Positions 1-11,479 of a DNA stretch of 64,000 nucleotides are shown one piece after another. The position numbers and the translations under genes were made by a program. Origin of the DNA: Eutreptiella sp. 'Long Island Sound 2002' (Eukaryota > Protista > Euglenida); NCBI GenBank assembly GCA_964036045.1, contig OZ038378.1, forward strand, positions 81,406,001 to 81,470,000, given 5' to 3'. Numbering within the stretch: position 1 is the stretch's first letter; every line of letters begins with the position of its first letter. Below the pieces are notes generated by a model. That model had not been told where the DNA came from. It ran no database searches and saw only the letters and a list, made by a program, of their open reading frames with translations.

Positions 1-412
1 CCCGAAGCCCAGCAGCCCAAGCCAAGGGCCAAGGCCAAGCCCAAGTGCAAGGGCAAGGGCAAGGCCAGCCCCCCCCCCCCAGGCGCCAAGCCCCCTGCAA
101 GATTGCGGCTGGGACCCCTATGGGAATGTGGAGCGTGTGGGGGACACCCGGTATGTCCATTGGGCGGAGGGGGACAATGGGGGGACCGTCAGCCAAGTGA
201 CCGTGTTGGGGGATTGGGATGAGGATTTGGACCCGGGGGAGTGGTTGGTGGTGTCGCAGGGGTCCAATGGGGAGAGGGAGAAGGGGAAGAAGAGGAAGCG
301 GGAGAAAGAGGGGGGCACCTTCCGGGTGCCGGGGGAGCTCCTCTTCCGCACCCAAGAGGAGGCGGAGGCCCGCCTCCGGGAGGCCTTTGGGGGAGGGGGA
401 CGACGGCGATGA
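1..412 (+). pseudogene. K/P-rich segment followed by a Tudor/SH3-like beta-barrel fragment (transposon accessory ORF)
   Basis: ORF 128-412 (VGDTRYVHWAEG...TFRVPGELLFRTQEEA) resembles the frameshifted segment at ~9630-9790 minus (GEQVFVPYPDG...IFRVERHLLYASHAAA). The fold call is inference from pattern. Confidence 0.4.
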
Positions 413-1149
413 CGGGGATGACGAGGGGGACGGGGGTGGCGACAAGGGGGAGGGGGGTGACAAGGGGGGTGAGGGGGGGGGGATGACAAGGGGGGTGAGA
501 AGGGAGGGGACACGGGGGGTGAGAAGGGGGGTGCCGGGAGCAAGGATGAGCCCCGGCTACCCTCCACCACGCAGGATCGGGTAACCTGCGTGTCGCGACT
601 CGCGAAAGCAGGCCTGGGGGGGCAGGTGGGCTAATCAGGCTAACCGGGCTAACCCACCACCAAGTGACCCCGCGCCGGCCCGCCAAGTGACCATCCAAGT
701 GACCTATCGGGTGCGGTGGGGGGCTAACGGGGCTAACCGGGGGCCGGGGTGGGGGGAAACCCGGCGCTCCGTGAGTCGGGTCCAGCATCGGGACCCTGTG
801 ATTGGCCACGGCTGGCCATGGTAGCCGGGGCAGCTTCTCTTCCACGAGCGGCGGAGCATTCATATATATTGTTCTAGCGGCGTTCTAGCGAACCGTTCTA
901 GCGGCGCTCGCTAGAGCGGTGCTAGAACGCCGCTAGAATGAAAAAATTTTGCCCAAAATCGGGTGAAAACAATGAAGTTGTGAGAAAGAATATGGGCCCC
1001 CGAGTACGGATAGGAGGGTCCAAGTTAGACACCTCAACCCCCCCCCCCCCCCAGTGAAAGGGGGCGAGTATCCCCCTCTTTTTCTGTTTTAGCCACTGTA
1101 GCGGCATGTAGGCTACAACGAGATCTCGTCTTCTAGCGTGTACCAAGGG
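1..1149 (+). mobile_element. 3' end of a CCC-terminal DNA transposon (CMC/EnSpm-like), relative of the 8873-12676 element
   Basis: Ends ...TTCTAGCGTGTACCAAGGG (1131-1149), matching in sequence and spacing the ends of the 8873-12676 element (...TTCATACAGGCGCCAAGGG and ...TTCATACAGGTACCAAGGA). Has a palindromic GTTCTAGCG/CGCTAGAA array at 871-939. The left end lies outside the window, so the TSD cannot be tested. Confidence 0.65.
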
Positions 1150-4100
1150 CCAAAATGAAGGCGGGGTTGGCATATGCTCATGCACAGTCGAAGGTAGATG
1201 TGGACACCCTGTTGTTTGACTGGTGGCTCTCATGAAGCACGTTCATGTTTGTGGAAGGAGCGCCGCTAGACATAAATCATGTGAAGTGCCCGTGCATAAT
1301 GCCACGGCTGCCATAAGGCATGCGATCCAGTGTCTCAATGCACATGCCAGATGCTAGAGGATTGAACGTCCCCAGATATCATGCGTAAGGCCCCTGGCAA
1401 GGCCAACGGCTGCTGCTAAGCTTGGACGAACCCGCGCTTTCGACATTGAGCCTTACGTTTGACAGTGCGCATTGCCTGGATCTAGAAAAATGGCACTCTG
1501 CGCGAGGGGCTGTGGTGCAGTCGGCAATGCATGTGCTTGTGGTGGTAGAGATATGTTGGGAAAAACAGTTGTCCCGGCATGTCCCAGGCTATACAATGCA
1601 TCGCATCCAAGCACAGACATGCCGCGTAAGGAAGTGCAATTTGGGCGCGTGCCGATTTGTTTTTGGACCGGTAAGTGTGGTCACAGACACCTGTCACCAC
1701 TTCAAGGTAAAATCGGTTTGCAACGCTCAAGCGAGCAGCATCATAGGGGTGCACGTGCCCAAGCGCTGCCAACCTAAAAATTACAAAGAAGCGCTATCAA
1801 ATGTTGGTAGACTATGAGAAACAGCCCCACGCACTGAACGTATCGTTGGGGGACTGGCATGTCCCAACACGCAGCCCAACCAGATAATACCGTGCCGAAG
1901 TGCACGCGGCCCCCCTCCCAAGCTGAATGGAGCTCAAACTTAAGAAAATGTGGGCGACCATGAAGGCCAAACAAATCCACCACGTCACAGTGAAGTATGG
2001 GCCAGGATTGGTAGATCACCCGCAAGGCCAGGTCTGGGCAGCACTAACAAAACAACATGGACATTGCCTCCCAGAATTTTTAAGTACGTGTGTGCCGGCA
2101 CACTGTTGATGCGTTCTCCGTCCATTATGACGTGCCCCCCCCCCCCCCTTGTAATTGCACGGCCATTGCTGTTTGCAATACGGACCATACCATATCTGTC
2201 ACTATTCACTTTGGAATTGAGCCTCTTGACCCTGCTTAGAAACCTCTTTGCGTCCCTCTGCATGTTAATAATGGAGTGTGACAGTACAATAGTGTCATCA
2301 ACAGCCGAAATTATTTGTAAAACGACTTTGGACATTGGGAGTAGGCACTCGGTGCCTTGCATTACACGATGCACTGCCGTGAACACCAAGACCTTGTAGA
2401 GAACGTACCACAACGGGTCCACCCCCCCCTCTTGTTCCAAACCGTTTCTGTTGGGGTATAGGGGGGGGGGGAGAGCCTTGTCAAGCTGTAGAGACTGGGC
2501 ATTAGCCTCCTTAAGTAGTGGGTCACACTAGGTTTGCGCCACCAGAGCGCGTTGGTCCACTTGGCCAAAGGGGTAGAGTGGTCTTTTTCGACCACGATTG
2601 TCCGTGCTGCCTTGTCCACTTTTGGGGATGAGAAGGTTGTGAATAAACCGCCTCCCAAACGCTGGGAAAGACCTTTGACTATGGCAAATTGACACAGCAA
2701 ATAGAAATGCGGGGTGTTCATATGTTGGGGGCGACGGAACCATGCTCTCGGGTGCATTTTATGGCACCCTGACTCCATTGAAATTGGCCTGGTGCTATTA
2801 TTCAAATTATGTCCTAGCTTTTTTATAATGAGGAGGTGCGGCACTTTATGCACTTCAGCGCGGAGGTCCGCAATTGCGGCAACCAACGTAGAACCCATGA
2901 GTGCAAGCGCATATATGCCAAATACTATAGCGAGGAGGGGCGCAAACCCATACTGGCGGTCCAAGATGTGTTGTTTGTTGCCGTCTTTACAAACTCCTCC
3001 CTGCGAAACGGTTACAGGACCCCCTACCCGAAAGCCCCATGGGATGCGGCGACAACTTGGCTGTGCGTTGCACGCCAAACCACACTAAGGTGCGCATCAC
3101 TGTCAAACACCTCCAGATCCACGTGCCTGTGCACCTAGTGAGGGGGGGATGGGGATGGCGCTAGGGGGTGCCTCAGGGACGCCTCGCAAGACACTACGTC
3201 ATGCAGCGGGGGGCCTGAGACTACAATGGCAGTTCTAGAGTCATCGACATGTGACAGCCATAACATACTCGCCACCCCAAAGGAAGACATATTGCAACTA
3301 CGGAGTATGGGGGATAAACTCAAACTCAACCCATGGTTGCATCCACCAGCTGTTCTAATGGTACGTGCAATCGTAGAGAGCAGTCTCATGACTAGGTGGG
3401 TGCACCACAAGCTGATTGATTGGCCAACAGAGTGCGCCACCAACACCAGTAGCATGGGGGTGGTCACCCAAGCCGTTACAGCCACAGCCAATGTGGTCCG
3501 GCGTGCATTGTCTCTACCACTCCAAAATCCATGGACAGTCATATGCGGCCCCACTAAACAGGCATGTTAGCAGTTTTCCTCTGCGGACGCCCGCCTGTGG
3601 CGCGCGGCGGTGCATTACCTCATCAAGTGTGCGCGGTCCAACCACAAGTGGACCAGGAAAACCACATTGAGCGCCCTTGAAACGGAACGGGAATGTACAG
3701 ATTAGCACCTAGCAGAGTGTAAGAGCACAAATTATCCCAGCTTCTCTGCTTGGTGTATCCAAATGGGCTGAAGTCTGGAGCCCCTGTGCCTTCTAAGCAA
3801 TAGTTGGCGGTTGGAGCTGGGCCGAATAGAGACCAAATATGGCTACCTGCTAGTGGTGGCAGACATGAATGTCAATGCAGACGAAACAATGTGGGGGCTT
3901 GGGTGCGTGGTGGCCACGTGCGAAGGCACTGTGCTGGCCACCATGGGTGCCAGGTGCCGAGCAGTGCATGCCTCGAAAACCCTCTTTGAAGCCACAACTG
4001 TGCTGCAAGGCGGCGTGCAAGCGGTCTGCGACGCGCTCCACAAATGGGTTGTGTGTGGTAGAAAGTGCGGCGGCGGTGTAATAACCAGCTAGCAGCCTTG

Positions 4101-5480
4101 GTGTTGGCTAGCCACTCCACCCCGGACAGTGGCAAGTATCTGGAAAAAGTGTGAGCCCAAGCGACCATCCTCACAACAGATGCAAGGGCGGTGTTTGGGT
4201 GGTGCCGAGTACAACACGATACCAAGGTGTTCAAATGCCTGTCCAAACTCAAATGCAAGTGGAGACAAGGTTGCGAGGGAGGACACCTAGGATACAAAAC
4301 AGCCACAAGTCACGAGGGGCATGCCATCCTTAGGAGCGATGGCCACACAGTCACGATCCGTGCTACTGATGCAATGGTTGATGTGAAAAAAGCCGTGGAC
4401 ACACTTGTCCAGTGGTTCCCTGTATCAAGGCACGACACCTCACAGGGAAATGCCAGTGCGATTGTGGGAAGTGTGGGATCCAGTGGTGCAGCTGCATGGC
4501 AGTTGGCTGACATATGTCCGCTTGCACACAACAACAAACACCGTGTCCCATCTCACGTTCGTGTTTCATTACATCGGGGACATGATTGCAGGTGACAAAG
4601 GAATGGGCCAATATGAGGCACATGGCCATCGCAGTGCAGCCGTGTGTGTGCATTAAGTCACGTGTTGCCAGCCAATGCAGTGCATGCTATTGCAAAATAT
4701 GGGGGGGGGGCGTACCTCCCATGTCGGCAATACTCCGTGGAAGGAGCCATAATTCACAGGGGACGTGCGTTGTTTAGCAGTTGGGATGCAAAGGTGACCT
4801 GCTCATCCTGTGGTGCAATGGCAAGCACATATCCTACGGGGCCGTGCAGCGTCCATGGGCTGAGTGGTGGCCGCTGGCATGGGGTATTAGCCATGACAGC
4901 GGATTTCCATCCAGGATGCAGACGCTCCTGTCGGTGCCTATGGCTTTTTTTCCGTGCACCTGGTGAAATGGGGTGGGACAGTATTCAACTGCCTGCATTA
5001 TGGCGAGGGAAGCAACGTGTCAAAACTGTATGCCCAGATTTTTTGCCGCCATGCTCACCATGTGCTGTGGATGGCGAAACTCATCGCCTCGGTGTACGGA
5101 GCGCGCCTACAGCCTTTTTTTAAAAAAAATAAAAGGTATGGGGGCTCAAAACCCAATGTGATGCGCCACGGCACGACAATTGCACATACAGCCAGTGATC
5201 ATGGGGCTCCGGCCCGTATGGCCATGGCCTATGCAGTGTGTAGAATTCAGCGGGAGTCAGTTCCTTGGGAAAGAGTGTAGCGGGCGTTGGGACCCCATGA
5301 AGCAATCGTGAACGAATAAGGATGAACGCCAGCGCGGATGCACAACCACCACATGAGGTCATAGAACGGCCAAGAGTGCAAGCGAAGGGAGAAGGAGGCG
5401 TGCTTGACGCGAAGAATGAGTGCCTTGGCCGAACGGCATATCGCCATCGTTCTGAGGTCCCCTCCGTTGCTCCGCTACTA
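1150..5480 (+). mobile_element. Decayed non-LTR retrotransposon (APE remnant, RT, RNase H), related to family 2
   Basis: ORF 3226-3570 (MVRAIVESSLMTRWVHHKLIDWP...VVRRALSLPL) aligns with 46411-47349 (MRAIMDGTQTMRWVFRRIVDWP...VARRALYLPL). ORF 3811-4092 (VVAD...WGLGCVVATCEG...LFEAT) is the RNase H start. APE-like GDWH (~1850) and VDHP (~2010) remnants. Many stops and frameshifts. Confidence 0.75.
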
Positions 5481-5619
5481 CGCCGTTACTACCACTACAA
5501 CCAAACAGCCAAAACCATGACTACTATCACTACTACCATTACTACCACTACTAGCGCCTCCTCGCTCGAATCGGTTCCCACGACGCAAGTGAACTAATGC
5601 GTTTTGTATGTATGTACGT

Positions 5620-5930
5620 ATGTGTGTCTACGAACCAGGGGCTTGGTGCAATTTCCGGGCGCTCAACCTGCTTGGTGAGCATGGTGTATTTGGGGAGCCC
5701 ATGGGCTTCGTGCAATTCCCAACCCCTCAACCTACTTGGTCAGCTTGGTGCATTTCCGGCGACCATGGGTTCGGTGCACTTTGTGGCCCCTCAATTTGCT
5801 TCGTTAAGCTAGTGCATTGCTGGCAACCAAGGGCATGAGCAACTACTTGCCCGTCAACTTGCTTGGTGAGCGTGATGTATGGTGACCATGGGCCTCGTGC
5901 AATTTCGGGCCCCTCAACTCGACTTGCACA
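5620..5930. repeat. Degenerate ~62-bp minisatellite, with a further unit at ~6490-6560
   Basis: Unit CCATGGGCCTCGTGCAATTTCGGGCCCCTCAACCTACTTGG... with CCATGGG at 5699, 5763 and 5886, and a GCATGGG variant at 6508. Confidence 0.75.
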
Positions 5931-6609
5931 TCTCATTGTGGGCACTCCTTTGTCATACCTCATAGAGCCCAAACTGAGGACGTACAACAAAGTTGTGACG
6001 CGACAGTGCAGCATGGTCATGATGTGGTGGACATGGTCGCGCACATGTGGGGATGGAGACACAAATGGCATGTAAACAATAAAAAAAATGCTTTTCATTC
6101 TTCCAAAGAGACACGGGAACGAAACCCACTGTACATAGGCCCACATTGTGCCGGAGTGAACACCACCATGTTTTTCCGCGCGGTATGCAACTATGCACAG
6201 GTTGGATTTGACATGTCTTTTCCTTGACAAGCTTTCTTGTGTCCTGCTACCAATCCTCTGCTGCTCTTCGACCGGCGTACCGAGCTGCGTGTTTTGCAGC
6301 GTTGACAATACGCATTATCCTGGCATTGAATTACAGCACGTATTTGGGTACAGTGACATCAGCGTACCAACACTCAGACATCCCCATCACCTAGTTCGCC
6401 CCTGGGTATTTTGCTTATTTTTCCGAAGGTTATCGTTACGGCGATCAACGCCCAGCCCGTGGCCGACCCCGAGGGACTGATTGGTCATCCTGGTGTATTT
6501 CCGGCAAGCATGGGCCTCATGCAATTTCCGGGCCCTCAACCTACTTGGTCATCTCGCTGGTGTCTAGTGGCTACCACTACCACGACTACCACAACTAAGA
6601 CCACTGCCA

Positions 6610-7990
6610 CCACTAGTATTAGAGAGTTTGCCACGGGCGATGCCTATGTGGTAGGCGGATATGGGGAAGACAACTGCAATCCCGGTGGCCAAAGAGTGTC
6701 CATGCCGTTGGTCCCCCTTGCCTCCCTGATGTTCTTGTTGGGAGTCGTCTTCGATGGGCATCGGCAACAAGACGATCCGGCGTCGGTCCCCCTTCTTACT
6801 CCACATGCAAGGGGTGGCCTTGACCTTCCGCCTCTGTGGATTGTACACGGGGTGTCGGCACTCGACAGGGCGTGCAAGGCGTTATGGGAACGGGCAGAGT
6901 GCGCCATTGTATTACTGGTGCCACCGGCTCCAGCCCCTGATGTTGATGCGAGCCCGATCCCGGAGGTGGTCAGGTTAGACACTGCCATATGACCCGCACC
7001 TCGCTGTCACCGCGCTGCGTGAAGGGGGGCGGTGGGGCAGGGAGCAGTGGTGGTATCTCGGCCCATGGATCAATGACGGTTTGGGGGGCTAAGTATACCA
7101 CCGCACTAGAAGCCATCATGTCCATATGTGTATGCGGTGTACAGTGGCGGGTGCATGGAGTACATCGGCCGAACGTTGTCCTTTTGCCGGAGTTGACTGC
7201 TTCCAATGTAGCGCTACTAAATAGGGTGGTGGTAAGCCCACATTCACATGTGGAGTGGCTGCAGCCCCACAGGTACTGCTGGGTACCTGGGGCAGCAAAA
7301 GTCAAGTCGTCTGATGCCTCTCCACAGGAGGACGGGTTAGCAATGTGGCGGTGGCGAGCCACGGCAGTTCCACATGGACAGGTGCCATCCGTGGCACAGT
7401 CCCTGAGGCGGAGATTTTTGGGGCAACCGCTTACCTACTCAACACGCCTCCTTCATGCCTCACGGTGCATGTGCTGGATGCATCCATCATTGGGGCGCAA
7501 CTATGCAGAGCCTAGGAGGCCATGTACGGTGGCATCTAGGGACCAACCTCACACTTCATCAACCACCACGCTCTGAACTGCGTGGTGGAGGGGTTGTGTT
7601 GGCAGCCACGCAGGGTTGGAGGGCCCCATCATTGGGTGCTACATCAGAGCTCGCACTTGGCGCGGGTTCGCTAGAGGAGCCGGATTTTGCTGCGGCTTAC
7701 GCAAAGGCACCGCCAGTACACCTCACGGTGCCCAAGGAACACGCAACCCTCCTAGTGCCTACTGAGAGTGGGCTGCTAGAACCTCGGCTCCCTCCATGCG
7801 GACCCTCGAGCAGGTCAGGGAGGCACTGTGGGACTCGCTGGCGGCGCACACAAGGGTCCACACGCCGTTGGCGGGTGCTTGTGAACACGTGCCCTTGGGA
7901 GCGGTTCATTATGGCCCTACACATTGGGACATGCTGCGAGCGAAAGACGGTCGTCTCCCCACCATGCAAGTCATGTGACGGTGGTGGCAG
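6610..7990 (+). mobile_element. Decayed LINE 3' half (RT thumb and RNase H)
   Basis: LLTPHARGGLDLPPL (GGLxLP thumb motif), then KYTTALEA, HVEWLQPH and EDGLA (RNase H pattern) in ORFs 6411-6992 and 6989-7576. Confidence 0.6.
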
Positions 7991-7999
7991 AAAATCACC

Positions 8000-8872
8000 T
8001 GCGGGGTGATTCGTGCGCTTCCCTGCATCTTTCTTGGAGGGCCCGAGGAAGACACGGGCCACTTGCGCATATGGTGCGAACGGGATGAGGCAGTTGCCCG
8101 GCGAAGGTCGAGGTCGAGGAGGTCATAGCGGACACGCCACTAGCAGACAGGGCCATGGAGTTCATGTCCTGGAAGGAGCACAGATGCAAGTGGACGGAGT
8201 CCTGAATGGTGGGAGTTGTCCCGAGTGAACCCACGGAGTTGTTAGCCGAGGTGCGGGCTGCCTCATCCTGAGATCCGGCGAAGGCCAAGATGTCCGTAGA
8301 GGACATAGTCCAGATAGGAGAAAATGGCTAGGCCCGGAGAAATCATCGACTCACCGAGATCATGCAGCTGCCTCCGGAAGACCGCAGTAAACCTACGTAC
8401 GCGTTCCTCCGCGGTGATATGCCATTGTGCGAGCTAGTTGGCAAGGTCAGACAGCTGCCACCGTGGGACCCTATTGATGGCCTCCTAGGCGGTCTTTACG
8501 CGGCCTTTAGGCCAACGCCAAGGTCATATACATTAGGCATAATGAGGCCATGTCAACATTTCCCGAGCGGACGGCGGCGGCAGCACAGGCCTTTAGCAAA
8601 TGGATCGAGTCTTGGGTGGCACAAGACTTCGCCACGTTCCGCGCGCGGTCTTGTGAAGTGTCTTCGCAGTCGCGTGCCACCATTGGCGGTACCATGGTGC
8701 GCAACCAATACTGTCATGACGAACCATGGCTCAAGGTGTTTGTAGGCCATCCTGCAGTAGGTAGCATCATGGGCTGGCCCAGTGATGTGCTGCTTGTCTT
8801 CCAACAACCGTTGTTCTCCTTGCCGGTTTTGGCGGTGGCCATTGTGTTGGGCATGGAGGAACTGTGGCTGTA
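8000..8872 (-). mobile_element. LINE ORF1/APE fragment interrupted by the DNA transposon (continues at 12677-~12950)
   Basis: A GLAIF motif near 8330 resembles the APE GRGLAIF of family 2. Removing 8873-12676 plus one TA joins RDNPPRLPVI (ORF 12659-12865) in frame to QPQFLHAQ...RLLEDKQHITG (ORF 8553-8807). Confidence 0.65.
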
Positions 8873-9276
8873 CCCTTGGCGCCTGTATGAAAGGTAGTTT
8901 TGTTCATCATGAATCGTTTTATGAAATATGAACGGATTTTGCTCTTGCTGGGGTACCCATGGGCCATGTTCGTTCAAAATTGGGGGGGTTGGGTTACCAC
9001 CCTTGGGGTGAGCTTTTTTTTGTCTGCCGGGGGTTTTTTGGGAAAATTGCCATTTTTAACAGTGTTTGAAAATTATGAAAATCCTCCTCCCCTGTTCATA
9101 ATTTGGTTCATAATTCAGTTCATAATTCAGTCTCGTTTTATGAACCCGCAGAGCGTTTTATGAACGCGTTTTATGAACGCATTTATGAACAGCACCACAG
9201 GCACACAAAAATCGCTCAGGCTTCAATCTTTCTTGTCCTTGCTTGTGCTTCCTTGTCATTGCAGGTTCATGCCGCC

Positions 9277-11100
9277 CTACACCTCAGGGCTGGGGGTTGT
9301 TGGGTCTTCCCAAAGGGGGGCCGTGGCCTGGGTTTCACCTCCATCCGGGGCCTGGGCATGGGTTTGGGCTGGTAATTTGGCTGCGGGTTTGGCCGAGGGG
9401 TGCGTTGGGGCATCTGCCTCCATGAGGGCGGCCTTAGGGGCAGCTTTGGGCTCGGGCTGAGGGGCCTGCTTAGCCTCAGGCTTGGGTTCACGTTTGGCTG
9501 GCTTTGGGGCCGGCTCAGGCGGCGGGTCAGCGTCCGGTGTGGGGTTAGACTTCTTTTTGGTCTTGGCCTTGGCCTTGGCGGCCCTGTCGGCCTTCTGCTG
9601 CTCCCAATGGGTCACTGCTGCAGCATGAGAGGCATACAACAGATGCCTCTCAACCCGAAAAATCTCCTTTTCCCCTAGGTACTCCTGACCACACCTTACC
9701 CCCCCCCCCCTGACACAACTGAAGTTACAACCCCCGGGTAGACACCATCGGGGTACGGCACAAACACCTGCTCACCACGCAGGGGGTCAGGTGACTCATC
9801 CCCCTCCAAGGAGGGCGGCTCCTCGCGCCGCTTTTGCTGCGCCTGCTTCCCCTTCCCCTTCCCATGGGGACGGTGAAGTGCCTGGTCCGACGACGAGCTG
9901 CTGCCCGATGCGAAGGACTTGCGCGCCGGTGGGCGCTTCTTGCTTTGCGGGGGTTTGGGGGGGGGCCGCGGCAGGGGGTTTGGGTTTCTCGGCGGGGGCG
10001 GGCTTTGCTGGGGAGGCGCTGCGGGAGCTGGCCGGGCTGGGGGGGTTCATCCCACAGCTAGACATCACGATGTCCTCGTCCGAACACCCCTCCCACCCCA
10101 ACTCCCCCAGGGCCGCCCAGCAGGGGTTGTTGGCCGCCCACCTCGTCAGGCGGCGGGAGCGCTCCCACTCCCGCAGCCCGGACAGGATGGCAGACCCCCG
10201 CTGAGGGTTGAGCAGCAGCAGCTGGTACAGGGCGGACAGGGCGATGCTGAACTCCGCGGTGCCCAACTTGTACCAGATGAGGACCCCCGCAACGTCCGCC
10301 GGGTTCACTTCCACGTCAACGACCTGTGACCGTGCCGTTCATAAATGCGTTCATAAAACGCGTTCATGAATCGCGTTCATGGTTCATAAACGGGTAGTGC
10401 GGGAATTATGAATTATGAACGCGGAATCATGAACGAATTGTGAACGAATTATGAACGCAAATACCTCGAAATCCGGCTCTGGTCCAATGGTCCCCATGAC
10501 GCCCAGGGCGGTCCGCACGTTCGCCGCTGCACTGGGAGGGGCGCCCGGGGCGGCGCCGGTGGGGCCTGTGGTGCTATTGGTGGCCGGGGCTGCCCGGGCA
10601 AGGGGCTTGGCGGGTCGGGTGATGGTGAGGCCCTCCACGGCCCACTCGTACGAGGCCTCCTACCCCGGGTCATACACCCCCCCCAAAATGGATTCCCACT
10701 GGGGGATGCACTCCAACTTGCGCCCGGTGCACTGCAGCTTCACCAACCCCCGTTCCTCCGAACGGAGGAACAATAGCTCCCAATGGGAGCTCCGCATCAA
10801 GCGCCCCCCCGCCGCCGAAAAAAATTTGGCCTACGTCAAATCCCCCGCCCCAATTGGTTCCGGGACGGGGGACAGGGGCTTTCCCGCCACGGGCTTCCAC
10901 GACAATCCCCCCCCCCCCCCCCCGGACCGCCAGGCCCCCCCCTCCCCCTTGTTGCGGATGCGGGGCCGCAACATGCGCCGGAATGCCCAGCGCAGTGTGA
11001 CGTAAGTCACATCAAGGCTCAAAAAAAGGGGGGCATCGGGGGGGTACCCGCTGTCCAGCGCCCCTTACGCCCAGGGGAGGGTCAGCACCGGGCGCTGGTT
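9277..11100 (-). pseudogene. Second transposon ORF (TnpA-like position) with a GT-AG intron at 10324-10464 and a C-terminal Tudor-like domain
   Basis: The frame runs through ORFs 10831-11022, 10384-10638 and 9796-10314 with TAG stops. The spliced junction GPEPDFE|VVDVEVNPADV is in frame. Later frameshifts occur at G-runs, and there is a K/P/A-rich tail. Confidence 0.55.
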
Positions 11101-11479
11101 GGCCTGGGTGAGGCCCCAGGCATGGCCTGCCTCCCCCCGCAACCAGGGGGTCGCAACCAAACCCCCCCCCCCCCCTTGCCCCCTCCCCCTCTACTGCCAC
11201 GCCCTCGACCTCGGCCTTCACCTCCTCGATGTCCTCCGCGGCCTCCTCCTCCTTCACCCCCCCCCCGCTGCCTCCTTCTTCTTCTTCTTCTCCTCCCTCT
11301 TCTTCTCCTCCTACTTCTTCTCCTTCTTCCTCCTCTTCCTCTCCTGCGCCGAGGAGTCTGTCGACTCCTCACTTGAGGAGTTGGCGGTGGGTCGGGAGGC
11401 GGAGGCGGGGTGAGCGCTGTGGGGTTGGGGGTGGGCTTAAGGAGGCGAAGGAGCTTGAGGTGGACGTGGAGGTGGAGGT

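Noticed and set aside
1257-1294. CGCCGCTAGA and a CAC-type terminus as an alternative right end of the first transposon
   Set aside because: The 1149 end matches the sister element exactly in spacing. This segment reads as LINE-like coding sequence, so the match is probably chance.
5940-6480. Possible gene or transposase fragment between the 62-bp repeats
   Set aside because: No recognisable motif in any frame; left unassigned.
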